Assembly (NCBI RefSeq): GCF_036321535.1
Contig: NC_087436.1
Span: 76,696,001 to 76,760,000, forward strand
Reading direction: 5' to 3'
Length of the DNA stretch: 64,000 nt
Origin: Camelus dromedarius
Lineage: Eukaryota
In this document: piece by piece, positions 12,450-25,561 of the stretch
Position numbering within the stretch: the stretch's first letter is position 1
Layout: the number at the start of each line of letters is the position of its first letter
Made by a program: the position numbers and the translations under genes
Notes under the pieces: generated by a model
Seen by the model: only the letters and a program-made list of their open reading frames with translations
What the model was told of the DNA's origin: nothing
Databases searched by the model: none

Positions 12450-14060
12450 TACTTCCAGAAACAGATGCATGTATTATCTCTTTAATATAAAGAGAAACCT
12501 GACATTTGAGAAAAGAATCTAACATAAAAGGTAGAGGCCAAAAAATAAAGGATGAAAAGAAAACTTTATAATTAACATTCTCATAGAAGTAAGTATGGAG
12601 TTTGTAGCCATGCAATAATAGTAAAATGGAAAATGCTCAAATAATGGGAAAGTGTTTTTGGAACTTAAAAATCTGAGAGAAGAAATATAAATAGCTAATA
12701 GGGATGTTGTAAAATAAAGCTGAAGACTTGGCTCAGAAAGTAGAACCAAAAAACAAACAAATGGGAAAAAAATAAGAAAAAGGATCAATCCTAGAGGGTA
12801 ACATCCAACTCACAGGTGTTCTAGAAAAATAATTATTTTAAAAAGTCAGAGGAAATTATTGAAGGTAGAATACAAGAATGTTTCATGTTTTCTAGAACTT
12901 AGGAACATGTGTTTGTGATTTCAAATTGAGAGATCTCAGCAAGAATACTGGAGGTGGGGGAATGGAATTAAGAAAAGACTGAAAAGCTTTCAGACTTTCA
13001 GAGAGACAAAAAACAAATCATACACCAAGGATCAGCAATCAGAACAGTATCAGATTTATCAACAGCAGCCTTAAGAAATAAAATAGAAAGGTGTAAAAAA
13101 AAAAAAGTACAACCTAGAATTCTATAGCAAGCCAAAGTATCAATGTTTGAAAAAAAATGGAATAGAGATATTTTCAGATATGCAATGCTTCAAAACATCA
13201 ATTTCTCAGGCAGCTTTTCTGAGAAAGCTACAAAGGATGCACTCCAACAGAATGAGAGTAATTTAGTAATGCAGAGAATATGAAAGGGACAGCAATGTGG
13301 GATCCAAGACAGAAAAGGACAAGAAGGCTGTAAAGAAATCCCAGAGGGTCTAGTGGTTGGCAATCAAGATTGGAACAAGAAAATTGAAAACTCCAGGAGA
13401 AATATGGAAGAGTCAAAGAAAAAAAATAATTGAACTGATAGTTTATTTGATAATTTGGCCAGTTCTTTCACAATTTCCATGAATTAATAATTTACAAGTA
13501 AATAAATTTAAAAAGACAATTATTAACTCTAGAAGCAATGAAAATTCCACATGAATGGAAAACCACTTTATTTTATCAAGGGCTCAGCAGTAAACCTATC
13601 TATGTAGTAATAGCAATGTAAATGACTGAATATTGACCTAAATGAAAGTGATAAAACAACTACATTAGAAATGATAGAAGAAGGAAACATGTACGCCTGT
13701 AGTCTGGGTGCCTGAGAGGGTGAGGGGGGCTGAATACTGTCTGTCTATAGTAAGAAATCAAGTAATAATCTCTAAAAATTTTTAATTAAGTAGTAACAAT
13801 TACTATTACAGTTACAGTTGCTATTTATTTTATTTATGTATCTATTTTATTGACGTATAGTCAGTTTACAATGTTGTGTCAACTTCTGGTGTACACCATA
13901 CTGTTTCAGTCATACATATACATGTATGTGTACAATTATTATTTAGACAAATGGAGAGAAATATCAGAAACAGCTATTCATATTGGGAAGTGGAACTCAA
14001 GAATGGAGAATGGCTGTGAAAGGTGAACAGTTTTGTTTTAATTAAAATCTCTGTACATAG
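12450..14060 (+). mobile_element. Ancient HAL1/L1ME-type element (decayed ORF1 region)
   Basis: A-rich strand; CAACCTAGAATTCTATAGCAAGCCAAAGTATC, ATTTTCAGATATGCAA, TTTCTGAGAAAGCTACAAAGGATGCACTCCA. Confidence 0.65.
13822..13930 (-). mobile_element. Short LINE-1 3' end
   Basis: TTTTATTGACGTATAGTCAGTTTACAATGTTGTGTC is the reverse complement of the L1 terminus seen at ~4930-4955. Confidence 0.8.
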
Positions 14061-15390
14061 TTTAATTCAAATAAAATTAGGATGAATAGCTTAATATATC
14101 AGAAGGAATATAAAAACTAAAAATCTATTAACCATCAAAGACTTCTGACCTCTTTATGCAATAAGGGCTTTTCCACCAATGGGATAATTTCTGCCAACTC
14201 TGTTAGAGAGAGAAAGAGTCTTGTTTGGCCCTTTACCTGGAACCCCACCTGCCATTCTCCTACTTAACCATTGATTTGACTTCTGAAGAAAACAGGTAAT
14301 TTGTTTACAGAGTGACACACTGCATTGCTTTGGTCACTAATTTGACCAGCAGAGGCAATCCTCCTGATGCTCATTTTCTGTTTGCCATTTCAAATATTCA
14401 CGGTGCCTCTTACCCTTGTTCTCCTTAGTCTCCATCAGCTCAGAGTCACAGATGTAAATCCAGGTCATTAACACTAGGTGCTGTCATCTGCAAATACTGG
14501 CTTACACCAACCAGAGGAAGCACGAGTCAAAGATTTTACTCTCAGTAGGAGAATCTTGGGAGTTTACCCTCTCACTAATAAGGAAGGATTCCAACTAGCA
14601 AGTTGCAAAACACATCAATAAACTTTACTATCCCTTTCAAAAGTCATGTAGTTATCACTATACCCACAGCATTCCACAGTGGCCAGGAAGAATAAAACCC
14701 AGAAGTCCAAAAGCCACTGCTGCACAAAAATCCTGTGATTACAAGATCAGTTTGATAATTCTTTGAAATGATCATGCCATAGTACTCACAAGAATGTGTG
14801 ACAAAAATACATTTCACAATATTGCAATGAACTATTTTTAATTTTTTTCTAAACTCAGTGAGCTTTTGAGAGGTTTCTGCACCTGCAGTAATTTGCCTCT
14901 TTGTGAACGTGTCTAGATGGCAGCGCGTCTTGGCTTCTACTTAGATCATTTTCTCTTAGAGTAGGTGACGCAACCAGAACAAAAAATGCCTTAAAAATCT
15001 CTCAATAAGTTTATTTTCAGGAGGTTTCAAAGTGAATTGCAATTGTATAAACAGCTTTTAAGAACCTCAGGGAGAGCAAGATGAAAACTTTCCCCAAATG
15101 CGACCCCAAATATAATCCTAACAATGGGTCTAGGGCCCCAAACCCATTAAGTACCCTTTTTAGGCCTTGCAGAGGCCTAAGCCATATAGCACAGTCCTCT
15201 CTATTACAAACATCAGCCATCCATTCATGGGAGTGCAATTTATGTCGGCCAACACAGAAGCCACAAAGAGGTCAAAGTCAACTTGTTTTCTAAAGTCTGT
15301 TACCATCTGGTGAATTTCCAGCAATTCTCAGGAACATTCTGTCTCTACTCAAGAAGGTTAGACCACAGTACCCATTCATAGGGTTTCAAA

Positions 15391-15628
15391 TAGGAGTTTG
15401 GGATTGATAGCTACACATTACTATATAAAAGGTAGATAAACAACAAGGACCTACTGCATAGCACAGGGAACTATATTCAGTTTCTTGTAATGAGCTCCAA
15501 TGGGAAAGAATCTGAATATATATGTGTATATGTGTATATATATCTGAGCCGGTTTGCTATACACCTGAAACAAACATTGTAAATTGACTACACTTCAATA
15601 AAAAAAAAATAAGAATTAAAAAAAAAAA
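15391..15628 (+). mobile_element. LINE-1 3' UTR end with A-tail
   Basis: AGATAAACAACAAGGACCTACTGCATAGCACAGGGAACTATATTCAG...CATTGTAAATTGACTACACTTCAATAAAAAA. Confidence 0.9.
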
Positions 15629-18539
15629 GGAAGCAAATCTATGTTAAAGTGGGGGAAATGCCAGAAATCAAACAGCCTACTCTTCCCAAGGCAAGCTATT
15701 CTTATGCCTGAGAAGAGGTTCCAAGCTCATTATCTATTTAAAAGATTCAAATAATTTAGCTTGATATAAAAGTGAATTGTTACCCAATTAGCTGTCCCAG
15801 CGGATTGCTTTCCTTGTCAAGTTCTCAGTGCCGCTGATACGAATGGATGACATTATAAGTACATCATAACTAAGAAAGCACACAGACCTGTAGAGAGATG
15901 GCTCATCTCACCAATCAGGAAGTGGGTACAAAGAAGAGAACAAGAAGAAAAGCAAAGAGCTAGAATCCAATTAATTTGTTGATGTTTTGCAAAGGAATCT
16001 TCATATGAATCAGTGACCAGAAGAAAATTCTCAAACTTTCCATGAATTGTGGCAAAAGAAATTGGAAGCACAGCTAACCAAGAAGTTGAACATTTTCCCA
16101 CAAGATATCAAGAAAAACATGACTGATCACTTGACTTTTAATTCCACTTTTGTATTGATTTATACTTTTTGAGTTTAAGACATGGCAAGGTACTTTGCTC
16201 AAAATAGTCTCCAAAAAGATTCCAAGGATGATATCACGTCAAGTTACATTTTGATGTTTGAAGCCCCTATGTAACGATGACAACAAGAAAGGAATATTAG
16301 GTGTCTAATGAGTCATGTTATAAGGAAGCTGAGCTCACAAGTTTCTCTAGTTATTTCTCAGATTCTAGCCTAATATCTAGGAATGCTTATTAAATGAGTG
16401 AGTGAATAGTTGTCTATCATGGTGTCTGTACATTAGCAAGAAGAAACAACATTAAGACTCTGCTGTCTTAATCTCAACTTTTCCACCCCAGCTGGTTAGA
16501 TTTAGGCTAAAGATGGCAGACAGCAATCTTAGTAATGCTAGACCAAGGGCAATTCTAAGCACTTTCTCACTCTGCTCCGCCTCTAGAAAAGAATGGACCT
16601 AAGCTCAAAGGAAATTTGGTATGGTGGGAGGGGTAAGGTAACTAATTTTCTGAAATCTATAAGAGATTTCTCATCCTGATTTATAAACTCACTGGCACCT
16701 GTGACTAACAGTTTGCTATAAAGCAAAATTCAGCATAAGGCAGGTCCATCTTGAACTCTATCCAAAGGGGTTTAATTACTGAATCACACACGAAAAATCT
16801 TGTTATAAAATGGATTTACCCAAAAGGCAGCCAGATGGCCTAGTTCCAATGCATTAGTGAGGATAAAAAGAGTGACAAACATGTTGTTCCCCCCACCGCC
16901 CCAAGATGTTTGTTGTGTTACTGAGACGAGTCAAAACCCAGGTAAAAAGAAGTCGATGCCTGGGAAAGGAAATGGAATCGGATTTATGACATCCCCATAG
17001 CAACTGAACAGGATCTCTTGACTGGGGTCTCAGCAGATATTAGGGGAATATGGTTCCTATAGACCACAATCACTGTTTCCCAAAAATGTGGGTGCCACTT
17101 GCCTCCGTAAGCAACTGTATCTTAGGAACAGAAACTGTAATTGACTGAAATCCACTGTGTGAAACTTAGAATGGAAATTGGGTTCTCCACCTCCGCAGCA
17201 CCTTTATTTTGGGCAATGAAGCTTTGGAAGGACAGCAGGGAGTATAAACTGGCTATTGGTTGTCTCCTGTATTATTCATTTATGTACCAAAAAAAAGCAG
17301 AAGAAGAAATAAAAGCCCTACTGGTTCTGAGAAAGTTGCACAAAAGGTGGAAGTGCAATTAGAATGACATGTGCCTTCTGGTTTATGAAGTAAATGGACC
17401 TTTTGTATGTTTTTATGATGAAAGGAAAAGCAGTTGTCATCTGTCATCTCTGGGAAGTGTGTCACTGTGAGAATTTCATTAGCCTTCTGTATTGTTTTAT
17501 CCAATTCTAGGCATAGATCTCTTTGGGGGCAGGGGCTGTGTCTTGTTTACCTTTACTGCACCCAAGTCAACACAGTGCCTGGCACGTATAGGTTCTCAAT
17601 AAATTTTGGGAAGTGAGCAAACAATTTAATAGTGAAAGAATGATGAATACATGAATAATAGTTTACATATATATTTTTTAAAAATCAAAAATACATAGGC
17701 AGAACATATTACAGTATAGAGAAGGTATAATATTTTATAGAAAAAGATCTTAAAACTCAACAATTTCAATGTCTTGACTTTAAAGATAAGGAAAATAAGA
17801 TGTGGAGAAACTTAACATATTAATTGACTAGAAGAGTAACAAGGTTCCAAGATTTTGAAAAATACTTAAACACTATGTGCGAATGCCACCCTGTTTCAGT
17901 TATTTCCACACTGCCTGGTTCTCTCTTGACCTCCAACTCACTACTGGGTTCATTTCATGTAATGTTGTCCAAAGAATGCAAACTACTTTAAAATTAGCTT
18001 AAGTAAAATCGAATTAGGTCAACCATATACTGAGATGGATTCCAAAGATATGTTGAAAATCTTTTCTCTAGCACTTCCTGAAGCCTGATCACACTGTAGT
18101 TAACAAGCCACCTTGTTTGAACTGTCCAGATCAGATGGAAGGAAGAGTCAGATTTAGAGGATTCCAAACGGACTGAGTGCTAATGTTATGAAGTGAAAGG
18201 TCAAATGCCAAGGTTAGACAGTAACACCAGAAGCCAAGTGGACACTGACTACCCAGCAGTGCATTTGGGAGAGATGGAGGTGGCCCCCTAGTCCCCACTG
18301 CTTCGCTTCCACGCGCTCGGCACCAGCCTGACAAGAAAGGGGACACGTAGCCACTACATGGTGTCACTTACGGAGCCTTCACCCCACACCATCTTCCCAA
18401 ATAACTTCCGCAGGTGCCTGAAACTTCACAGTTTGTGAACTAGCAACTTATCTAAACACAAATGGGCCTGGGGAGAAATTCTAATTTAAAAGTGTGTCTC
18501 TTAGGTAGAAAGACTCACAGCTCTGAAGGTAGATAAGTG

Positions 18540-18960
18540 TTCAAACTCAGCTATCATCAACACTTCCTAGCCATGCAAACTTTATCAACCTTTCAAAACC
18601 CAAAAAGTGTTTTGGGTTTTTTTTTTTTAATCTGTAAAGATTTTTAAGTCCTACCTCTCAAAGTCATTGCAAAGATTAAATTAAATAGTGTATGTAAAAG
18701 CACAAAGTTATTACTAGAGGAAGAGGGAGAAAAGATCAAGGGGCAAGGAGGAGATGATAGATTAGCTTGATGGTTAAAAATCCCATCTCTATTAGGTTGT
18801 CTGAGTTAAAATCTCCACTCTTAGAGGCTGTGTAATTTGGAGCCAGTTACTTATCTCCTCTGTGCCTTCGTTTTTTTCATCTGTAAATAAGGAAGAATAA
18901 TAGCACACCTCATAGGTTTATAGATTTAATATATTAAATGTAGATTTAATGATATCATAC
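18540..18960 (+). mobile_element. Two adjacent MIR fragments
   Basis: AGTTACTTATCTCCTCTGTGCCTTCGTTTTTTTCATCTGTAAA and CCTACCTCTCAAAGTCATTGCAAAGATTAAATTAAATAGTGTATGTAAAAGCAC. Confidence 0.7.
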
Positions 18961-19869
18961 AGACAATAAGTTAGTATTGGGCTCTTAGCCCAATAAATTG
19001 AGCTCTTAGCAGAAATACAGCAGCTGTGAGTATTGAGATGATGCATAAAGGGGCAGCAAGTCAGGGAAACAGGTAGATGTAAAAGGGTCTTTAAAGGAAA
19101 TGTAAGTGGGTATCAAGAAGAAAGTGCTTATTCAAATATTTATCTGGGTCTGTGCAAAGTTCATCTTTCTTTATTTTTCTGTATATCTCTAAAAAAGCTG
19201 TAAATCTTTTAGTCTGATGTCTTGAACTTATTAATTTTAATTTGTCTCATTTTGACTTTGATCTTAAAGCTACTGTTCAACCACTGCATGTAATTCTGCA
19301 TGTACTTAAAATTAACAAGTAAGAGCATAAAACATTAACATCCCCGCCCTTCCCAGAGAGACTAAAGCTGGAACGCCCTTCCCTTAATAAGGAGGCTAAA
19401 CAGATGAGGCTTGCCCTGTGCCCTGGGGGCTAGCGCTCTTCAGGCCACAACAGAATAACAACAGAAACAAGTTCCAAAGTGGAAGATTCTCCAGCCTTCC
19501 AGCAGAGTTCAAACTCGGGCAGAGCCAGTGTATCTACTAACGGGATGAGTCGTATCTCATCATAAATTTCAATCTACCTTCTTTAGGTCAGGATCTCCTG
19601 GTAGTTATTGGCATATTTGTTTGTCCTTATAGGTACAAAAGAAAGGAAGAAGTACCCAGCCATGGAGCTTAGTGCATGTGCCTGGTAGAGTGAAATACTA
19701 TTGTCAAGTGAGTCCAGTCCTCTGAGTCTGGACCCAACATGGGCTCCCCAATAAGTCAGGCTGAATCACAGACTTCACTCCTCACCCCTTTACATTTAGT
19801 CAGACTCTGAGGCATAATTATTCCCTTCTTTGCATTTCCCTCTTATTACTCACAATTTACTAGTAAATC

Positions 19870-21280
19870 TATTTTTCTTTTAGTTTGATTTATTTTATTT
19901 TATTTTTAATTTAATTTTTTTATGGAAGTATAATCAGTTACAATGTGTCAATTTCTGGTGTACAGCATAATTCGTTTTTATTTTACATATAGTAGAACAT
20001 GCAGAGCTTACGTGAGCAGAGTTGGATGACTTTTGACAAATGACACACCTTTGTAACCATCATCCAATTAAGATACAGAAGATTTTCTTTACCCTTTGAA
20101 AGTTCCCTTTCCATCAATACTGACCACACATTCTCACCCTTCCCTGGAACATTTTTTGTTTTTAAGTTCTTATCACTAAAGACTAGTTTTGCTTGCACCT
20201 GAACTTCCTATAAATACAATCACACTGTATGTATTTTTTTGTGTTGTTGCCTCCTGCTCAGCATAATATTTTTGTGATTCATTCATAATGTTGACTGTAT
20301 CATCATTTTTATTACTGTGTTTCCATCAGATGAATATAGCACAAGTTGATACCTATTTTCCCCTTAATGGATGTTTGATTGTTTCTAGTTATTGGTTGTT
20401 ATGAATAAAGTTACTATGGGCATGCAAGTACAAGTTTTTATTGGATACATGTTATCATATATCTTGGGTAAATACAAAGGAATGGAATTGCTGAATTATA
20501 TGTTTAACTTTATTAGGATGTACTAAACTGTTTTTCTAAATGGTTATACCACTTTGCAATTCTACTAGAAATGTGAGAGTTGACTTTCTCCACTTCATTA
20601 CCAACATTTGGCATCGCCTGTCTTCCTGTTTAGCAATGCTAGTGAGTGCAGTGCTATCTCTTTTTGGTTTTAAACTGCATTTCGCTGGTGACTAATGATG
20701 GTGAACATCTTCTCATGTGCTTATTGATCATTTATATACCTTTTATTTTAGGAAGCTTCTGTTTCCCCATGTGTTATGGTTTGTCTTTTTGACATTCAAA
20801 TGTAAGACTTAGTTTATATATGCTGGCTATACAAATCCTTTATCAGATTAATGAATGTATTGTGAATCTTTTCTCTGAGTTTGTCACTTGCCTTTTCATT
20901 TTCTGTCTTTTCATAAGCAAAAGTTTTTAAATTAATTTTGATGAAGTCCAAGTTCCAATTATTGTATTATATTGTATATATTGTATTTTAATTATATGGT
21001 ATTATATTATAATTATAATACACATTGCATTATATTGTTTATTAAAATTGATTAACAAGTAATATATTATATATGTTTATATATATATGTCTAAAAACTC
21101 TTTGCCTATCCCAGGATTATGAAATATTCTTCTATGTTTACTTCTATAAGCTTTGTAGCTTTAACTTTTACACTAAGGTCTATATGATCTAGTGCCAATT
21201 AATTTTTGCATATGCTGAGAAATAGGAGTCAAAGTTGTTTCCAAGCTATTTGTTGAAAAGATTCTCCTTCTCCATGAGTT
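19870..21280 (-). mobile_element. Old L1M (L1MB/MC-like) 3' region, with a short younger L1 3' end at ~19870-19975
   Basis: T-rich; TCTTGGGTAAATACAAAGGAATGGAATTGCTG, TGCATTTCGCTGGTGACTAATGATGGTGAACATCTTCTCATGTGCTTATTG. Confidence 0.85.
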
Positions 21281-21568
21281 TATTTTTCCCCTGTGTGCTT
21301 CTTCAGTTGTGAGCTCCTCAGAGGTCATCTATGATTGATTGATCTTTGCAATCTTAGAGCTTGGCATAGTGTCTCTCTGATACAGGGGCTTAATAAGTTT
21401 CCACTAGATGAATACATTTTCTAGAAGCTGAAAGAAAGCTGAGTTAGTACTTAAGGTTTTCCTATTTTTATATATTTTTTCTTTGCTTTCTAAATGAATC
21501 CAAATTTTTTACCAGGTAGTGCATGATATAGACCACTTTTCTTTCCATCCTTATTTATAATATGCTCC

Positions 21569-21931
21569 TGCTATGGATTGTATTGGATAGCCACAAAATT
21601 GATATATTGAAGTCCCAGCCCCCAGTGTGACCATATTTGAAGATAGGACTGTGAAGAGATAATTAAGGTTAAATGAGGTCATCAGGGTGCGGTCCTAACC
21701 CAATAAGACTGGTGCCCTTATAAGATGAGGAAGAGAGGGAGATCCTCTTGCTCTCTTTCTATGCACATCCCAAGGAAAAGCAACGTGTAGACATAGAAAA
21801 AAGATGGCCGTCTGCAAACCAGGAAGAGAGCTCTCACCAGAACTTGACCGTGCTGGTTGCCTGACCTCAGACTTCCAGCCTCCAAATAAGTTTTTGCAAT
21901 TTAAGCCACCCAGTCTGTATATTGTTATGGC
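21569..21931 (+). mobile_element. MLT1A-type MaLR LTR
   Basis: TGCTATGGA start; TTAAGGTTAAATGAGGTCATCAGGGTG, AAGATGGCCGTCTGCAAACCAGGAAGAGAG, GACTTCCAGCCTCCA, TTTAAGCCACCCAGTCT. Confidence 0.9.
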
Positions 21932-21934
21932 CCC

Positions 21935-22420
21935 CTACCTTATTCACCACACTCCAACCACACTAACCTCCTTTTTTTCCCTCAAGCTCATAAAATCCCT
22001 CCCAGCCTCAGAACTTGGTGTTCCCTCTTCCCAGAATTCTCTTCAGCTCTCTGCATCTTTTAGATTTCAATTCGCTTATTGCCTCCTCTGAGAACACTCC
22101 TCTGGTCATCTTATCTGAAAGAGACTCACCAGTTACTCTCTCCTTTACCACCCAGTTTATATTCTCCACAGTACTTTTTACCATCTGTAGACATTTGCTT
22201 ATTTGCCTGCTTATTTATTTATTTATTTAATTTATCTACTTACTTATTTGCTTGCTTAATGTCTGTTACTCACCACCTACCATCCCCCAACACACACCCA
22301 GTTAGCCTCTTCAGAGCAAGGATTCATATATTCATTACGTTATTGCTAGTTCTGAGCATGCCTGGCTTGTTACTTGGGTTCAAGAAATATTTTTTAAATG
22401 AATAAGTAAATGACCAGTTA
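21935..22420 (+). mobile_element. L2 3' fragment
   Basis: Ends GCATGCCTGGCTTGTTACTTGGGTTCAAGAAATATTTTTTAAATGAATAAGTAAATGA. Confidence 0.6.
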
Positions 22421-22629
22421 ATGAAGATTCTGTCATCTAAATAAGATTATTACTTTAAGAATCAGTTTATTGATAGACTTTATTAAGTGTTAACGTAACA
22501 TTTAAAAGGAAGAATAATAGCATAAGGCTTAGGACACTTTTTAGAAGTGCAGATGTTAATCTGCCAGTGGTTTCCATATGACCTTAAATAGCTCAATCAG
22601 CCTCCTGGTTACCATGTTTCAAAAAGGGT

Positions 22630-23160
22630 ATACTTAACATAAAAAAGCCATATATGGCAAAGCCACAGCTAACACCATACTAAACAGTGAGAAACTGAAA
22701 ACGTTTCCCCGAAGAGCAGGAACAAGATAAGGACACCCACTCTCTTGCCACTTTTATTCAACATAGTATTGAAAGTCCTAGACACAGCGATCACATAAGA
22801 AAAAGAAAGAAAAGGAATCAAAATTGGAAAGGAAGAAGCAAACCTGTCACTGTTTGCAAATGGCAAATGCTATATATAGAAAACTCTAAATAAACAACTA
22901 AAAATTGTTAGAACTAATGAAAGAATTCAATAAAGTTGCAGGATATAAAATTAATATACAGACATCTGAGTGTCTATACACTAATAACAAACTACCAGAA
23001 AGAGAAATTAAGAAAATAATCCCCTTTACAATTACATCAAAAATAATAAAATATCAAGGAATAAGTCAAATCAAGGTGAAAAATCAAAGACGTTGATGAA
23101 AGAAATTGAAGATGACACAAACAAATGGAAAGATATGCCATGCCAATGAATTGGAAGAAA
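22630..23160 (+). pseudogene. Decayed LINE-1 ORF2 reverse-transcriptase segment
   Basis: ORF 22905-23096 ([18 protein letters not shown]) is L1 ORF2-like; upstream GGAACAAGATAAGGACACCCACTCTC and CTGTCACTGTTTGCAAATG are decayed GTRQGCPLS and LSLFADD motifs with stops and frameshifts. Confidence 0.9.
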
Positions 23161-23599
23161 GTGTCTTCTGAGGAAGAGAAGAAGACTGGCAAAAAGGTGT
23201 TTAACATACAAGGCCTGTTACATGTTACACAACTGTTACAAAAGCTCTGAAGAGTTTTGCACTGTGTAACCAGGAAAGTGTGCATGGATAGGGTGCTAAA
23301 AGAGCTGGACTTTGAGGAACAAGGAAGATTTGGGTAATGAGGGTGATTTCAAGGGGAAGTAATGGAGAGAGAAACGATGGTGCAGACATGTTCATCAAGT
23401 TATGGATGGTTCTGCTGGATGGAGCCAAAAGGCATAGATGGGAAACTGGGAGAAATCTAGAAAATATAGGCCTGGGGATACAATGGTTACAAAAACACAA
23501 TTCCTACCTTCCAAGTAGCCAGGAATCTCAACACAGTAGGTAGATCCTCTAGAGAGGAAGGCAAGGTGATTTGGGAGCATACCAGATGGGGTATCTAGC

Positions 23600-24370
23600 C
23601 AAGCCTTTGAGGGTAGTGAAGTCTACGTTTTGAAAGTGACCTGAGGGATGATAATGAAAAGATGAGTAGAGATTAGCCACGCAAAGGGTAGGAACATAAT
23701 TTTCGAGCAAAGGCCAAAATGGGAAGAGATCCAAGAAGAGAGGAGCATGTTATATTGAAGTACAGTGTTTCAGTTAGTTTAGAACTTTGAGTTTAAAGCA
23801 AGAGATTTTGAGAGATGGTGCTTGGGAGGAAAGCAAGAACCAGATCAGAGAGCCACTGGAATCCTCTTTCAATTGTTTGGACTCAGAAAATATTTAAAGA
23901 TTTCATCAAAGATGGGTCTAAATCAGTTTCACTTAGTCCCCTCCCACTTCACCCCCAGTCGCTCTTTCTTACTGCAGTGTGGGTTGGAGAGGGGCAGGGT
24001 TTCCCGTAGGTCAGTAAGGAGGCTGTTTTAGCGTATTTGGATGAGAGACAATGGTGGTCTGAAGGAGGGAGTTAGCATGTGATAGGGAGAAGTGACACAG
24101 AGGTGAGAGGCGTTTACATAGCACACTGCCAGGACTTGACTAGAGATTGAATTTGGAGTTTGAAGGGAAGAGGGTTTCACCGTTTGTTTCTGGCTTGGGT
24201 AAATGTGTAGGTTCAGTTTTGAACATTTGGGGGATAAGCTGACTCTGAACCATCCAAATGGTTGGTCAGAGACAGTTGGACACATGAGTCTGGAGTAAGA
24301 AGAGAGCCCACACTGGAGGTAAAGACTTAAAACTCTTTAGCACATGGAAGATACTGGAAAAGCTTTCAGG
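23600..24370 (-). mobile_element. L2 fragment
   Basis: Purine-rich; GAACATCCAAATGG-like and GGACACATGAGTCTGGAGTAAGAAGAGAG L2 antisense motifs. Confidence 0.65.
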
Positions 24371-24844
24371 AAGAGTGTGGCTCAAGTCTTTTAGTAAGTT
24401 TTTTCCTGTACTTTCTAATTGGATTAGTTTTTTGAAAATGGATTAACTCAGTTTTCTTGGTATTGTGGTCATTGCCATGGCATTGCTTGAGACAGCTTTC
24501 ATTTCTTGTCATTTAACTCCTCTATACAGAAAAAAATATATATATATAAAATTATCTTCTACATGAAAAACTCAAAATACCTATCACCATCTCAATCCTC
24601 CCATTCCCTGTTTAGTTTCTCTTGGGATATTCCTAGAACCCTGCTGATATTTCAATATTGAAGGACCTTGATCTGATTTTTGTGAAATAATCAGGCTAAC
24701 AGTTGAGGAAGAGGGATACTGTCAAAGACCTGCTCTTTGAAATAATAACCTTTAAAAATATTCTTTTGTGTGATTTAAATTATTTTCATTTGTGCAAGAA
24801 GAGTTTCTTGATCATAGAAAGTGTTTTTGCTTCAATTAATATTA

Positions 24845-24930
24845 AAATGAATATATGTATACATAGGCATGACTGGGCCATTACACCAGAAACTGACACA
24901 TTATAACTGACTATATCTCAATTAAAATTT
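24845..24930 (+). mobile_element. Very short LINE-1 3' end
   Basis: ACACCAGAAACTGACACATTATAACTGACTATATCTCAATTAAAA. Confidence 0.75.
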
Positions 24931-25561
24931 TTTTAATTAAAATTTTTTTTTAAGATTCTGTAGACATCCTAATTTATAAATTTGCATTCAATTTAAAATA
25001 CTGTGTGAACAGAAAAAAAAAGTGGGAGTAAAAATTATAAAACAACATTAATCCCTCTAAGATTGTGAGGAACTTTTTCCTTCTTTACCTTTTTTTGTGC
25101 ATTTATAACTTGTAAGACTATCTTACATCATAAAAGTATTATTGATACAACGGTTTTACTATCATATTACACTGTATTTGTACAAAAGAATGTTAGTGTT
25201 GGTATTGTTTTTGTGCTTTGAATTGTATTATCCAACATTCCTTTAAATGTCTTTATTACCCACAGACTCATTTTAATTTTATTGTAAGCAAAATGTAGTC
25301 CAGGTACAGATGGTTTTAAAATGACTTAATAAGCAGCGAACAAATCTTTCAGCAATCTGGTTCTCCATCCATCATGAGATTGTAGTATTAAAAATGGTCT
25401 TTCTCATACAGATAAAGCTGAGAGAATCCATGGCTTTACAAGCTGCCAGTTAGTAGCAGAAGTGAGATTAAAACTTTAGTCCTTTGCGCAAAGAGTTGGG
25501 GAAAAGTATTACCATTTTATGTATTTTTAAAAGTGAACTCAATTGACCTTTCTATTTTCAG

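Noticed and set aside
14909..14927. CTCF-like TCTAGATGGCAGC
   Set aside because: The 5' CC of the consensus is missing; a single partial match
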